A DNA stretch of 64,000 nt from an uncultured Bacteroidales bacterium. Lineage in GTDB: Bacteria > Bacteroidota > Bacteroidia > Bacteroidales > FEN-979. The stretch is taken from positions 11,891 through 75,890 of the forward strand of contig CAIWMX010000061.1 in the NCBI GenBank assembly GCA_903913885.1, given 5' to 3'. The translations under genes and the position numbers were made by a program. This document shows, one piece after another, positions 9,540-17,547 of this stretch (the first letter of the stretch is position 1; each line of letters begins with the position of its first letter). The notes below the pieces were generated by a model. That model was not told the DNA's origin. It did not search any database and was given only the letters and a program-made list of their open reading frames with translations.

Positions 9540-9753
9540 TCATTTCAAACTCATGAAGAACATTCAATGAATCATCCTTAACTAATTTGGATTCTTTTTC
9601 CAATTTGGAGGCCAACATTTTTCTTTTCTGCACTTTATTATAGAAGTCCAGTGCTTCGTTAATATACCTGTTACGGGATTTTTTTATATGACTAATAACC
9701 TGTTCGGTTTCAGTAAAAATTGAGTCATCTAATTTTAAAGATAGTGTTTTCAT
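9523..9753 (-). CDS. Putative cognate antitoxin (small DNA-binding protein)
   Basis: 76 aa, immediately upstream of and overlapping the MazF-like gene. MKTLSLKLDDSIF..RNRYINEALDFY is compatible with a ribbon-helix-helix N-terminus. The assignment rests mainly on position. Confidence 0.65.
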   Translation of the reverse strand: MKTLSLKLDDSIFTETEQVISHIKKSRNRYINEALDFYNKVQKRKMLASKLEKESKLVKDDSLNVLHEFEMIDYEA

Positions 9754-9837
9754 TTGATTCCTTTGTTTTATATCACAAAGGTATATACTATTTAGAAATA
9801 CTGCAATTATTTCTTTCTTTTCTCATGACGTATAACG

Positions 9838-10074
9838 GTGGGCACACGCCATGGCGGCAGGATTCGCCATGCGGCTCGTAAACGCCATGCGGTGGGCACA
9901 CACCATGCCGATGGGATGCGCCATATGGTTTTACACGCCGTGCGGTTTGTACACGCCATGCCGATGGGATGCGCCATGTGGTTTTACACGCCGTGCGGTT
10001 TGTACACGCCATGGCGATGGGATGCGCCATGTGGTTTTACACGCCGTGCGGTTTGTACACGCCATGGCGTGTAC
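9838..10074. repeat. 53-bp intergenic tandem repeat
   Basis: The unit is gtacacgccatgScgatgggatgcgccatRtggttttacacgccgtgcggttt. The anchor atgggatgcgccat recurs at 9911, 9964 and 10017, exactly 53 bp apart. Three good units span 9896-10054, with degenerate copies from 9838. The array ends in a perfect 20-bp palindrome gtacacgccatggcgtgtac (10055-10074). Confidence 0.9.
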
Positions 10075-10174
10075 CTACGATGCCACCGTTTGTTCCCTGC
10101 AGGGCCATGCCATGGTATGGCCCCACCGCATAGCGGGTCCCAACAACTTTCACGTTTGCCTGAAAGCAGCGAAT

Positions 10175-10873
10175 TTACTTTTCTTTGGTTGCCCCCTTAT
10201 GCCCCGTGTTAAATTGGTACGCAACGCCCAGCTCAACTTTATGCTGAAGGAACCGGTACGCGTTGTTGGCCCACTTTGAGTCGGTCGCGAGAATGCTGAT
10301 GCTGAAGGTATAGTTCGCGGAAACATGGAGCGATTTAAAGACCTGAACATCGATCCCGGCGCCGGCAAGCGCCCCCAGTTCAAAATCGGAGATGTACCCT
10401 TTGGCGCTGCCGCTCCAGGCCTCGTTTGTTTCAGTCTCCCCGCTCTTCTCATATTTGGAACCGGTCATTTTTGAAGTGAGGGGTATGCCAAGACAGATGC
10501 CCGGGTAAACCAGGAGTTTGATTTTTTTACCAAATACCAATTGCGGCTCAAATGTGAAATTCAGGTATGATACATCCATGTTAAGATGATTTTCGCCGGG
10601 CGATCCGAGCCCTCCCCATATTTCGTTCATCGTGTAGTTCCTGTTCAGATATTCTGCTTCAAAACTAACGTTCACCAGGTGGTTCGACCTTTGGCACAAA
10701 TAGATTGCAACAGGCATGGAACCCGGCTGGGGCCCGAACAGGGTAGGATGGTATTCGGAATCAGATTGCCAGAATTTCAGCCAGTTCACGCCCGATTTTA
10801 TTCCCACCTGGATTTGAGCGTAAGAACCCGCGGTTATTGTCGCGAGAAGGATAATCAGTTTAAATCGTTTCAT
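10175..10873 (-). CDS. Outer-membrane beta-barrel protein
   Basis: 232 aa with a signal peptide MKRFKLIILLATITAGSYAQ, alternating hydrophobic beta-strand pattern and a near-terminal aromatic strand VELGVAYQF. Confidence 0.75.
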   Translation of the reverse strand: MKRFKLIILLATITAGSYAQIQVGIKSGVNWLKFWQSDSEYHPTLFGPQPGSMPVAIYLCQRSNHLVNVSFEAEYLNRNYTMNEIWGGLGSPGENHLNMDVSYLNFTFEPQLVFGKKIKLLVYPGICLGIPLTSKMTGSKYEKSGETETNEAWSGSAKGYISDFELGALAGAGIDVQVFKSLHVSANYTFSISILATDSKWANNAYRFLQHKVELGVAYQFNTGHKGATKEK

Positions 10874-10937
10874 TAATATGCTGGTTTTCTTAGTGAATGA
10901 CCCTTATGATTCCTACATGTTTTTAATCCCTTGTAAA

Positions 10938-11059
10938 TTGTGCCGGAGGCACAAAATGTAGGTAGCAGTAAGGAATCAAGTACCCTCATATCGTCCCGTC
11001 CGGGACGATAGATTACATTCCCCGAACCTTTTCTACCAATATCAGGTCCCTCCGGGACC
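10938..11059. repeat. Cluster of GC-rich hairpins (REP-like) between the HD gene and the OM protein gene
   Basis: ttgtgcc-gga-ggcacaa (10938-10954), tatcgtccc-gtcc-gggacgata (10989-11010) and ggtccc-tcc-gggacc (11045-11059). Confidence 0.5.
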
Positions 11060-11172
11060 CGCAGTGCCTCAGGCTGATCCTTCGCAAACCGATTTCTTTT
11101 TCATATTTGACATAGAAAAGTTATACCGAAAATCGTGGGTTTGAACGAGGTGGCAGTAAATAATAATGACAT

Positions 11173-11733
11173 CTACAGCCCGATCTGGTCGGCGACGGGC
11201 ATCATAGCGGCGATGGCGAGGGCGGCGAATTCATCGATCGGGATGCCGATCTTTTCGCACTCGAGGATATTCTCTCTTTTGACCGAAGCGGCGAACATTT
11301 TCTCTTTCATCCGCTTCACCACTGATTTCGGTTTCACGGCAGCCAGTTTCTTCTCAGGATAGACATAGGTGGTGGCGAAGATCAGCCCGGTGATGGTCTC
11401 GCCGGCCGCAAGGGCATACTGGAACGCGGTGTTCCGTTCCCTGCCCGACGAACATTCATTGTGCATGCGGATGGCATCGAGGATTTCGGGGTCAACAGCA
11501 TAGTCTTTCAGCAGTACCTCCGTCTGGGTTCCATGCACGGTGGCTTCGGCATTCGTGGTCTCCACATCGAGGTCGTGCAGCAGGCCGGCCAGGCCCCATT
11601 GATCCTCGTCGCGGCCAAGTTTGCGCGCGATCCCCCGCATGACGGCCTCGGAGGCGAGACAGTGGAAGATCATCTTCTCATTCTTTACATACCGGTACAA
11701 CAGTTCCAGCGCTATTTCACGGTTCAGTTCCAT
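11173..11733 (-). CDS. HD-domain metal-dependent phosphohydrolase
   Basis: 186 aa containing H..GLLHDLD (the HD motif) followed by IRMHNE. Confidence 0.85.
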   Translation of the reverse strand: MELNREIALELLYRYVKNEKMIFHCLASEAVMRGIARKLGRDEDQWGLAGLLHDLDVETTNAEATVHGTQTEVLLKDYAVDPEILDAIRMHNECSSGRERNTAFQYALAAGETITGLIFATTYVYPEKKLAAVKPKSVVKRMKEKMFAASVKRENILECEKIGIPIDEFAALAIAAMMPVADQIGL

Positions 11734-11869
11734 ATTCGGGTCCTCCTTTGCGGCATCAGCCAGTCATCAGGGTTGGGGAAATAATGATGTCAGGCAACGC
11801 GTGCAAAAATAGCATTTTCAATTAACACGAAGGCATCCGGGCAGGTCTGTTTAAACCGGTCCCGGAGGG

Positions 11870-13204
11870 TTATTTTCGTTTGAAACAGTTACCCGATTTC
11901 AGCAGAATGGTCAGGGAGTCATCCGCTGGTTTTAAATCAGTCCAGAGGCAATCACAATACAGCGGCAGCCAGGAAGGACCATATTTTGTCGCGATTTGCT
12001 TATTCAACGCCGTATCCTCGAAGGCTCTTTTCTCATCCCCTGCCATATGGGCCATTAAGGCTGCTCCCTGGCAATGGCCGGCATGCCAGGAGGTAGTAGT
12101 ATCGCCGGTCAGTTTGTATTTATTGAGCAAGGTCGTTAACAGGGTATCGGCAGCTATCCGGGTTAAACTGTCGGCATAGGTTACAAACGATTGACCCGGG
12201 AGCATTCCTGTATAGCAAACGTTTGTGATGTGCCTCGTATTGATGATCAGGGCGGAATCCCTGACGTAGGTAATAACCCGGTATGAACAGGGGTAAACAA
12301 TCGTGGAGCCGGTTTCGATATCATACAGGAACCTGTTTTGCAAATTTTTCTTTACAATATCCGTTGCATGAAAATGTCCCGTAAACATGATCTTTAAGCC
12401 TGCTCTCATGAGCTGGTCGGCGACATCGTTATAATTATCCACGAGAAAGCCTGGAAAAGTTGAATCCTGGCCTTTGAAGTGTTCAACCAGCCCGTGATGC
12501 ATCATGCCAAACACTGTTTTTCCCTTCAGCGAGGCCTCTGCCATACGGTCAAGTATCCATTTCATGGTACCCGGCCTGATCACGCCTGCCGTGTAGGCCT
12601 GATTATTAATATTATCGTATTTACAGTCATCGATCGAGATGAGCCAGAGATTGGGTAATGGTTCGGAAACATAACTGAGTGAGTACGGGTCGGTACAGAT
12701 CGCGTCGCTATACCCGCAATCCGAATAGATCGACCTGAACTGATCCGGGCTGATATTCTGAACCCTGGTCATTACCTTGTCGTTGTATTCATACGATTGT
12801 GCGCTGTAAATGTCGTGGTTGCCATCAATGACCCTGACCCTGATCCCGGCACGGATCAGTTGCTGCAGGTATAGATGAACGGAGACATGGCCCACGAATT
12901 CCCCATCCTTGGTAAGGTCTCCTGCAATAAGAACGAGGTCGGGCTTCGGGGTAGCATGAATCAATTCATAAACAGCCTCCTGCATGATCGCATCGCTGGC
13001 AGCCAGCAGTTTCCCGTTTATGACCAAATAATCCTGAAACTTTGGACCATCCTTGATGAGCAGCGAAGGATCCATGTAATGAATGTCGGACATCACGGCG
13101 ATGGTATACACATTTTTCGCGGTGCTGCACCCGCAGTTGTTCCTATTACATCCGGCTGAGAACAATATCAGCAGGATCGCCGGCAGTACAAATAGTTTTC
13201 TCAT
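11870..13204 (-). CDS. Calcineurin-like metallophosphoesterase, probable lipoprotein
   Basis: 444 aa with a lipoprotein-type signal (LILFSAGCN). Motifs are MSDIHYMD, IAGDLTKDGE, GNHD and TGHFH. Confidence 0.9.
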   Translation of the reverse strand: MRKLFVLPAILLILFSAGCNRNNCGCSTAKNVYTIAVMSDIHYMDPSLLIKDGPKFQDYLVINGKLLAASDAIMQEAVYELIHATPKPDLVLIAGDLTKDGEFVGHVSVHLYLQQLIRAGIRVRVIDGNHDIYSAQSYEYNDKVMTRVQNISPDQFRSIYSDCGYSDAICTDPYSLSYVSEPLPNLWLISIDDCKYDNINNQAYTAGVIRPGTMKWILDRMAEASLKGKTVFGMMHHGLVEHFKGQDSTFPGFLVDNYNDVADQLMRAGLKIMFTGHFHATDIVKKNLQNRFLYDIETGSTIVYPCSYRVITYVRDSALIINTRHITNVCYTGMLPGQSFVTYADSLTRIAADTLLTTLLNKYKLTGDTTTSWHAGHCQGAALMAHMAGDEKRAFEDTALNKQIATKYGPSWLPLYCDCLWTDLKPADDSLTILLKSGNCFKRK

Positions 13205-13372
13205 GTAGGTGGGATTTGGATTGGGTTTTTAAACAGGACAGGTGGTACGTGATAAGTCTGGATAAATAATCCGCCCGGGCTCTATAAATTTAGAGAATTA
13301 TCCTACCGGGTATACGTCGTATCAGAAATATTTATTAGAATTTCGCAAACTGCGCAGAAATCGTGCAAATGC

Positions 13373-13408
13373 AAATAAAAAAAGGCTCCCGGGATTTCCG
13401 AAAGCCTT
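13373..13408 (-). terminator. Rho-independent terminator downstream of the displaced tRNA-Val 3' end
   Basis: The minus-strand RNA aaggcuuucgg-aaauc-ccgggagccuu forms an 11-bp stem with 2 G-U pairs and is followed by a U-run (uuuuuuuauuu). Confidence 0.75.
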
Positions 13409-13464
13409 GATTTCACTGGTGGGACGTGAGGGATTCGAACCCACGACCTCATGCGTGTGAAGCA
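13405..13464. repeat. Left copy of the 60-bp perfect direct repeat (att site)
   Basis: ccttgatttcactggtgggacgtgagggattcgaacccacgacctcatgcgtgtgaagca is identical to 42569-42628. Confidence 0.95.
13417..13464 (-). pseudogene. tRNA-Val 3' fragment (48 nt, from the anticodon to CCA), displaced by island integration
   Basis: Identical to the 3' 48 nt of the intact tRNA at 42581-42658. Similarity stops right after the anticodon loop. Confidence 0.9.
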
Positions 13465-13567
13465 CTCCGAAATCAATTTCCAACAGCACAATACTACAAT
13501 ATATCAGAGTGTTACCAAAATAACTAGAAAATAAATGTCGTTTTATGTGGATAAATATCGTAATTTA

Positions 13568-13589
13568 GGTGGCAAATCAGGTGGCAAAT
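13568..13589 (+). promoter_or_regulatory. Candidate integrase arm-type binding site (doublet GGTGGCAAAT)
   Basis: ggtggcaaatcaggtggcaaat lies 103 bp inside the left att repeat and 66 bp upstream of int. A 21/22-identical copy is at 42515-42536. Confidence 0.5.
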
Positions 13590-13655
13590 TTTTCCGTGTT
13601 TATGATCCTGCTCAATAAGGTATCTATTGTAGTCCAAATTTAAAACTTTTTAACC

Positions 13656-14870
13656 GTGAATACAACTGTTATTCTGGTTCTCGATAGGCGACGGGTTAAA
13701 AAGGGAGACCTATACCCAATTTGTCTTTTGCTCAATCACAAAGGAACTAAGCTTTATCTCAATCTGAAAGACAGTGTAGCCACGAAGTTTTGGGATCAGC
13801 AAAATCAGAAAGTATTAAATGGAGCGCCGGTTTCTCCCAATGTGTCCTGGGTGAATAACCATGTTCAGGGGAAAAAAACAGATGCAATCCGGCTTATATC
13901 TTTGCTGGAACAAACAGGAGAACTTGCCCAGCTTTCACCCATGGAACTTAAACAACGAATCCGGAATAAAAGCCATCGGGCTTCTTTTTATGGCTACCTG
14001 GATTCTCTGATTGCCCAGTTTAACAACCATGGTAAACAGGGTAATGGAGAGGTTTATTTGAGGACCAAGGTGTTCCTCCAGAACTATGTTCCCGGAAAGA
14101 AAGATCTGTTTTTCGATGAAATTAATTTTAAACTGCTCAAATCCATAGAGCTGCATTACCTTGCCAAAGGGAACCACCTGAATGGGTTAAGTCATTATTT
14201 CAGGACTATCCGTGCAATCTACAACCGGGGTATTACGGAGGGTATTGTAAAGAGTGATGCATACCCGTTTAAAGAATATAAAATCAAGCAGGTAAAAACC
14301 CATAAATCCGCCTTGCGGAAAGACGATCTCATGAAGCTTTGGGACATCTCAATAACGGAGGGAACATTATCCTGGCACGCCAGGAATATGTTTTTTTTCT
14401 CCTTTTATTGCCAGGGAATGAACTTCTCTGATTTAGCAAAGCTTAAAATTGAAAATATTAAGGTGGGGAGAATCTATTACACCCGGTCCAAGATCAGTAA
14501 AGCGATGTCGATCAAGCTGACTGATAAGATCAATGAAATTCTTGAAAAATATGTTTCGGGGAAAAAGAGATCAGATTATGTATTTCCCATTATAACTGAG
14601 GAATCCCGGCACAATTTACAGATTAAAAACTACCGGGATGCTGCAAATCATGCCCTAAAGCGCTGGGCAAAAAAGTTAACGCTCAATCCCAGCCTTAGTT
14701 TTAATACAGCCCGTCATTCATGGGCTACCATTGGGAAAGACATGCAACTGCCTATTGGCGTTCTTTCAGAAGGCCTCGGCCATAATGATCAACGGACCAC
14801 GCAAATTTATCTTGATTCGTTTGAAAGCGATGTTATTGATGGGGCGAATGATTTGATTACGTCTTCATAG
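13656..14870 (+). CDS. Tyrosine recombinase / integrase (Bacteroidetes mobile-element type)
   Basis: 404 aa with a GTG start. The catalytic region is TARHSWATIG..LGHNDQRTTQIYLD (R, HxxR, Y). An N-terminal arm-binding/SAM-like region is typical of Bacteroidetes integrases. Confidence 0.92.
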   Translation: MNTTVILVLDRRRVKKGDLYPICLLLNHKGTKLYLNLKDSVATKFWDQQNQKVLNGAPVSPNVSWVNNHVQGKKTDAIRLISLLEQTGELAQLSPMELKQRIRNKSHRASFYGYLDSLIAQFNNHGKQGNGEVYLRTKVFLQNYVPGKKDLFFDEINFKLLKSIELHYLAKGNHLNGLSHYFRTIRAIYNRGITEGIVKSDAYPFKEYKIKQVKTHKSALRKDDLMKLWDISITEGTLSWHARNMFFFSFYCQGMNFSDLAKLKIENIKVGRIYYTRSKISKAMSIKLTDKINEILEKYVSGKKRSDYVFPIITEESRHNLQIKNYRDAANHALKRWAKKLTLNPSLSFNTARHSWATIGKDMQLPIGVLSEGLGHNDQRTTQIYLDSFESDVIDGANDLITSS

Positions 14871-14946
14871 CGTCGGATTGCTTTCAACAATCCATTTTCC
14901 GTCTTTCACCTCCAACATCTCCTGACTATATCCTTTCCGTCCTTTT

Positions 14947-14965
14947 CAGGCATGATCCATGCCTG
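14947..14965 (+). terminator. Weak hairpin after the integrase gene
   Basis: caggcatg-atc-catgcctg, followed by tactactttt. Confidence 0.35.
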
Positions 14966-15349
14966 TACTACTTTTCATTGTGAAATTTAGAACAAATAAA
15001 AACTATTCTCAAAACCGTTGTTTTCAGTGTGGTTAAAATGCATAATAACAAAACATAAGGATATATTTGTTATGGAATGATTATTATGGGCCTTGACAAG
15101 CTTTATTCTATTTATTATCTTGGTCCGGAATTTAATTACCAATTCAATTATAAATAAACATTCTGCTTTTATTCAATCCAAACTCTCCGGATCTGGAAAA
15201 TTACATTTATGCCTAATTACAAAACCAACAAATACCAAAATTCCCGTGTTTCATTCGATGTCCTTTTACAATTATTTGCTTTTCACTGCAAATTTTCACA
15301 TTGTTGAGCATTCTTCCCTTCGTATTTCAAATAAATAAACCATATCATT

Positions 15350-16402
15350 ATGAAAGCACCTGAAAACCTGATTTTTGTTTTTCTGACTGCATTATTATTA
15401 GTCACATCATCCGTATCCGCTAAAATATGGCGAGTAAATAATCGTGTTGGAATTGTCGCTGATTTCACCACTGCTCAGGCTGCTCATGATGGTGCAAACG
15501 CCGGAGATACGGTTTTTTTTGAGCCATCCCCAACCAATTATGGTGATATTACTTTAACAAAAAAACTGATCCTAATTGGAACAGGATATTTCCTGGATCA
15601 GAATCTTGAAACGCAGTGGAAAAATAATTGGCCTGCAACTATCGGTCATGTTACATTTAGCAGTAATTCTTCGTCCTCTGCCCAGTTTTCACAACTGATG
15701 GGATTGACCTGCACAGGTGATTTGACCGTGAATGCCCCAAGTATTATCATCAAAAGGAATTATTTACAAAGCCAAAATCAATTCTCAGCTTCATTTGTTG
15801 ATTTTGAGGATAACTATTGCTACCAGACTGGGCTTTATGGTTATAATTCATGTGGATATTGTTTATACATTGATCCCGGATTGCATGATATAATAATTAA
15901 TAATAACATTTTTAAGTTTGTTTATACTGTAAACCGTAGCCAGGTTTGTATTTATGCCAACAGTGTGTATAATTCGAGTTTTAATAGCAACACAGTTGTT
16001 GGTTATCAAAGTCAGTGGAATGGTGTATTGTGCTCATTATCCATTGAAGGGTTTATCGTTCAAAATAATATCCTGTCTGCATGCACTTTTTCCCCAAACA
16101 ATAACAACTATTCATATAACATATCAGATAATACATTTTTTGGGAATCAGAATGGAAATCAACAAAATGTTGACATGAACTCGGTTTTCCTTTTTTCGGG
16201 TAGCACGGATGGTCAGTATCAACTCAAAACTGGATCACCAGCAATTGGAGCGGGCGTTGGTGGAATTGATTGTGGGGCATATGGTGGAACCAATCCCTAT
16301 GTATTATCTGGCATCCCGCCGATCCCGGCAATTTACTCAGTCATGATTGGAGATCCCAACAGCCAATATAATGTTCAACTAAAATTGAAATCACATAATT
16401 AG
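15350..16402 (+). CDS. Secreted protein, right-handed beta-helix-like (paralog 1), function unknown
   Basis: 350 aa with a signal peptide ending VSA|KIW. Asn/Ile-rich turns (NNNIF, QNNIL) are present. The N- and C-terminal blocks are shared with the next gene. Confidence 0.8.
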   Translation: MKAPENLIFVFLTALLLVTSSVSAKIWRVNNRVGIVADFTTAQAAHDGANAGDTVFFEPSPTNYGDITLTKKLILIGTGYFLDQNLETQWKNNWPATIGHVTFSSNSSSSAQFSQLMGLTCTGDLTVNAPSIIIKRNYLQSQNQFSASFVDFEDNYCYQTGLYGYNSCGYCLYIDPGLHDIIINNNIFKFVYTVNRSQVCIYANSVYNSSFNSNTVVGYQSQWNGVLCSLSIEGFIVQNNILSACTFSPNNNNYSYNISDNTFFGNQNGNQQNVDMNSVFLFSGSTDGQYQLKTGSPAIGAGVGGIDCGAYGGTNPYVLSGIPPIPAIYSVMIGDPNSQYNVQLKLKSHN

Positions 16403-16469
16403 TCATCGGCCTTGCTTTCGTCTGACTATAATTGAAAATCAACTTTTTGTAACTTTAAAAACCACAACT

Positions 16470-17513
16470 ATGAAATTCAGGTATCGACTGACATTATTAG
16501 TCCTGTTTTTGTCTTCATTTTCGGTTTCGACATCCTATGCCAAAATATGGAGAGTTAATAACCGCGGAGTAATTCCTGCAGATTTTACATCGGCACAGGC
16601 GGCACATGATGGGGCTAATCCTGGTGATACGATTTTTTTAGAACCATCGCCGACCAATTACGGCAATCTAACTGTTTCAAAAAAACTTATCGTTATTGGG
16701 ACCGGTTATTTCCTCGCAGAGAATCTTGAAACCCAGTGGAAGAATAATTGGCCTGCAATTTTAGGGTCGGTCACCTTTGATGTTTTTTCTGATTATTCAC
16801 AGTTAATGGGAACTATTTGCGGGTCTCTGCAGGTTAGTGCACCATATATAACAATTCGGAGAAATTACATTAATGACATTATTCAACTATCCGCATCCAA
16901 TATTGTTGTTCTAGAAAATTATTGCGACTTTTTGGGAGGATACGGGTGTACTACAATAAGTTTCTTAAAAATTAATTCTGGATTTCATGATATTTCCATT
17001 AATAATAACATTTTTATTTTCCATCCACGACCCTACACTAGTGGTGCCGGTGTTGGCGATATTTCTGGATCTGTTTCTTATGCGGGTGGCTTTTTGAATA
17101 ACATCATAATGGGTTATTTAAGTTGGAATTGTGCTGCATCCAGTTCCTTGAATCTTGAAAATTTCATAGTCCAAAACAATATTATATCTACCTGTACATT
17201 TTATCAAAACAACAACTATTACACCAACAACATTTGCAATAATACTGAATTTGGAAACCAAAATGGGAACCAGGAAAATGTTGATTTAAATACTGTATTT
17301 CTATACACTGGCAGTACAGACGGACAATATCAACTTAAAACCGGATCACCTGCAATTGGTGCCGGGTTTGGTGGAGTTGATTGTGGCGCTTTTGGCGGAT
17401 TGAATCCCTATATTTTATCCGGAATACCACCTATACCAGCCATTTATGACTTCAATATTGGTAGTGCTAATAATCAATATAATGTTCAGCTTAAAGTGAA
17501 GGCTCACAATTAA
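16470..17513 (+). CDS. Secreted protein, right-handed beta-helix-like (paralog 2), function unknown
   Basis: 347 aa. It shares long identical blocks with 15350-16402: KIWRVNNR, ADFT.AQAAHDGAN.GDT, EPSPTNYG, GTGYFL..NLETQWKNNWPA, GSTDGQYQLKTGSPAIGAG, LSGIPPIPAIY and QYNVQLK. Confidence 0.8.
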   Translation: MKFRYRLTLLVLFLSSFSVSTSYAKIWRVNNRGVIPADFTSAQAAHDGANPGDTIFLEPSPTNYGNLTVSKKLIVIGTGYFLAENLETQWKNNWPAILGSVTFDVFSDYSQLMGTICGSLQVSAPYITIRRNYINDIIQLSASNIVVLENYCDFLGGYGCTTISFLKINSGFHDISINNNIFIFHPRPYTSGAGVGDISGSVSYAGGFLNNIIMGYLSWNCAASSSLNLENFIVQNNIISTCTFYQNNNYYTNNICNNTEFGNQNGNQENVDLNTVFLYTGSTDGQYQLKTGSPAIGAGFGGVDCGAFGGLNPYILSGIPPIPAIYDFNIGSANNQYNVQLKVKAHN

Positions 17514-17547
17514 TAGACGGTCCTAGATCCATTAAAGTGATTCCAAA

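Noticed and set aside
9838-10074. Possible CRISPR array
   Set aside because: The repeat units are directly contiguous with no unique spacers. The unit length (53 bp) is atypical, and no cas genes are present in the window.
9788-10279. Three overlapping ORFs (80-142 aa) rich in His/Cys/Met/Pro across the 53-bp repeat
   Set aside because: Their peptide periodicity simply mirrors the DNA tandem repeat on both strands. There is no start context and no coding signal.
13303-13491. 62-aa minus-strand ORF
   Set aside because: It overlaps the tRNA-Val remnant and its terminator. The 'protein' is a translation of tRNA sequence.
15093-15471. Small ORFs (81 and 62 aa) in the AT-rich gap after int, examined as possible excisionase genes
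   Set aside because: They have low-complexity, hydrophobic/AT-biased sequences with no HTH or Xis-like motif. One overlaps the start of the 350-aa gene on the opposite strand.
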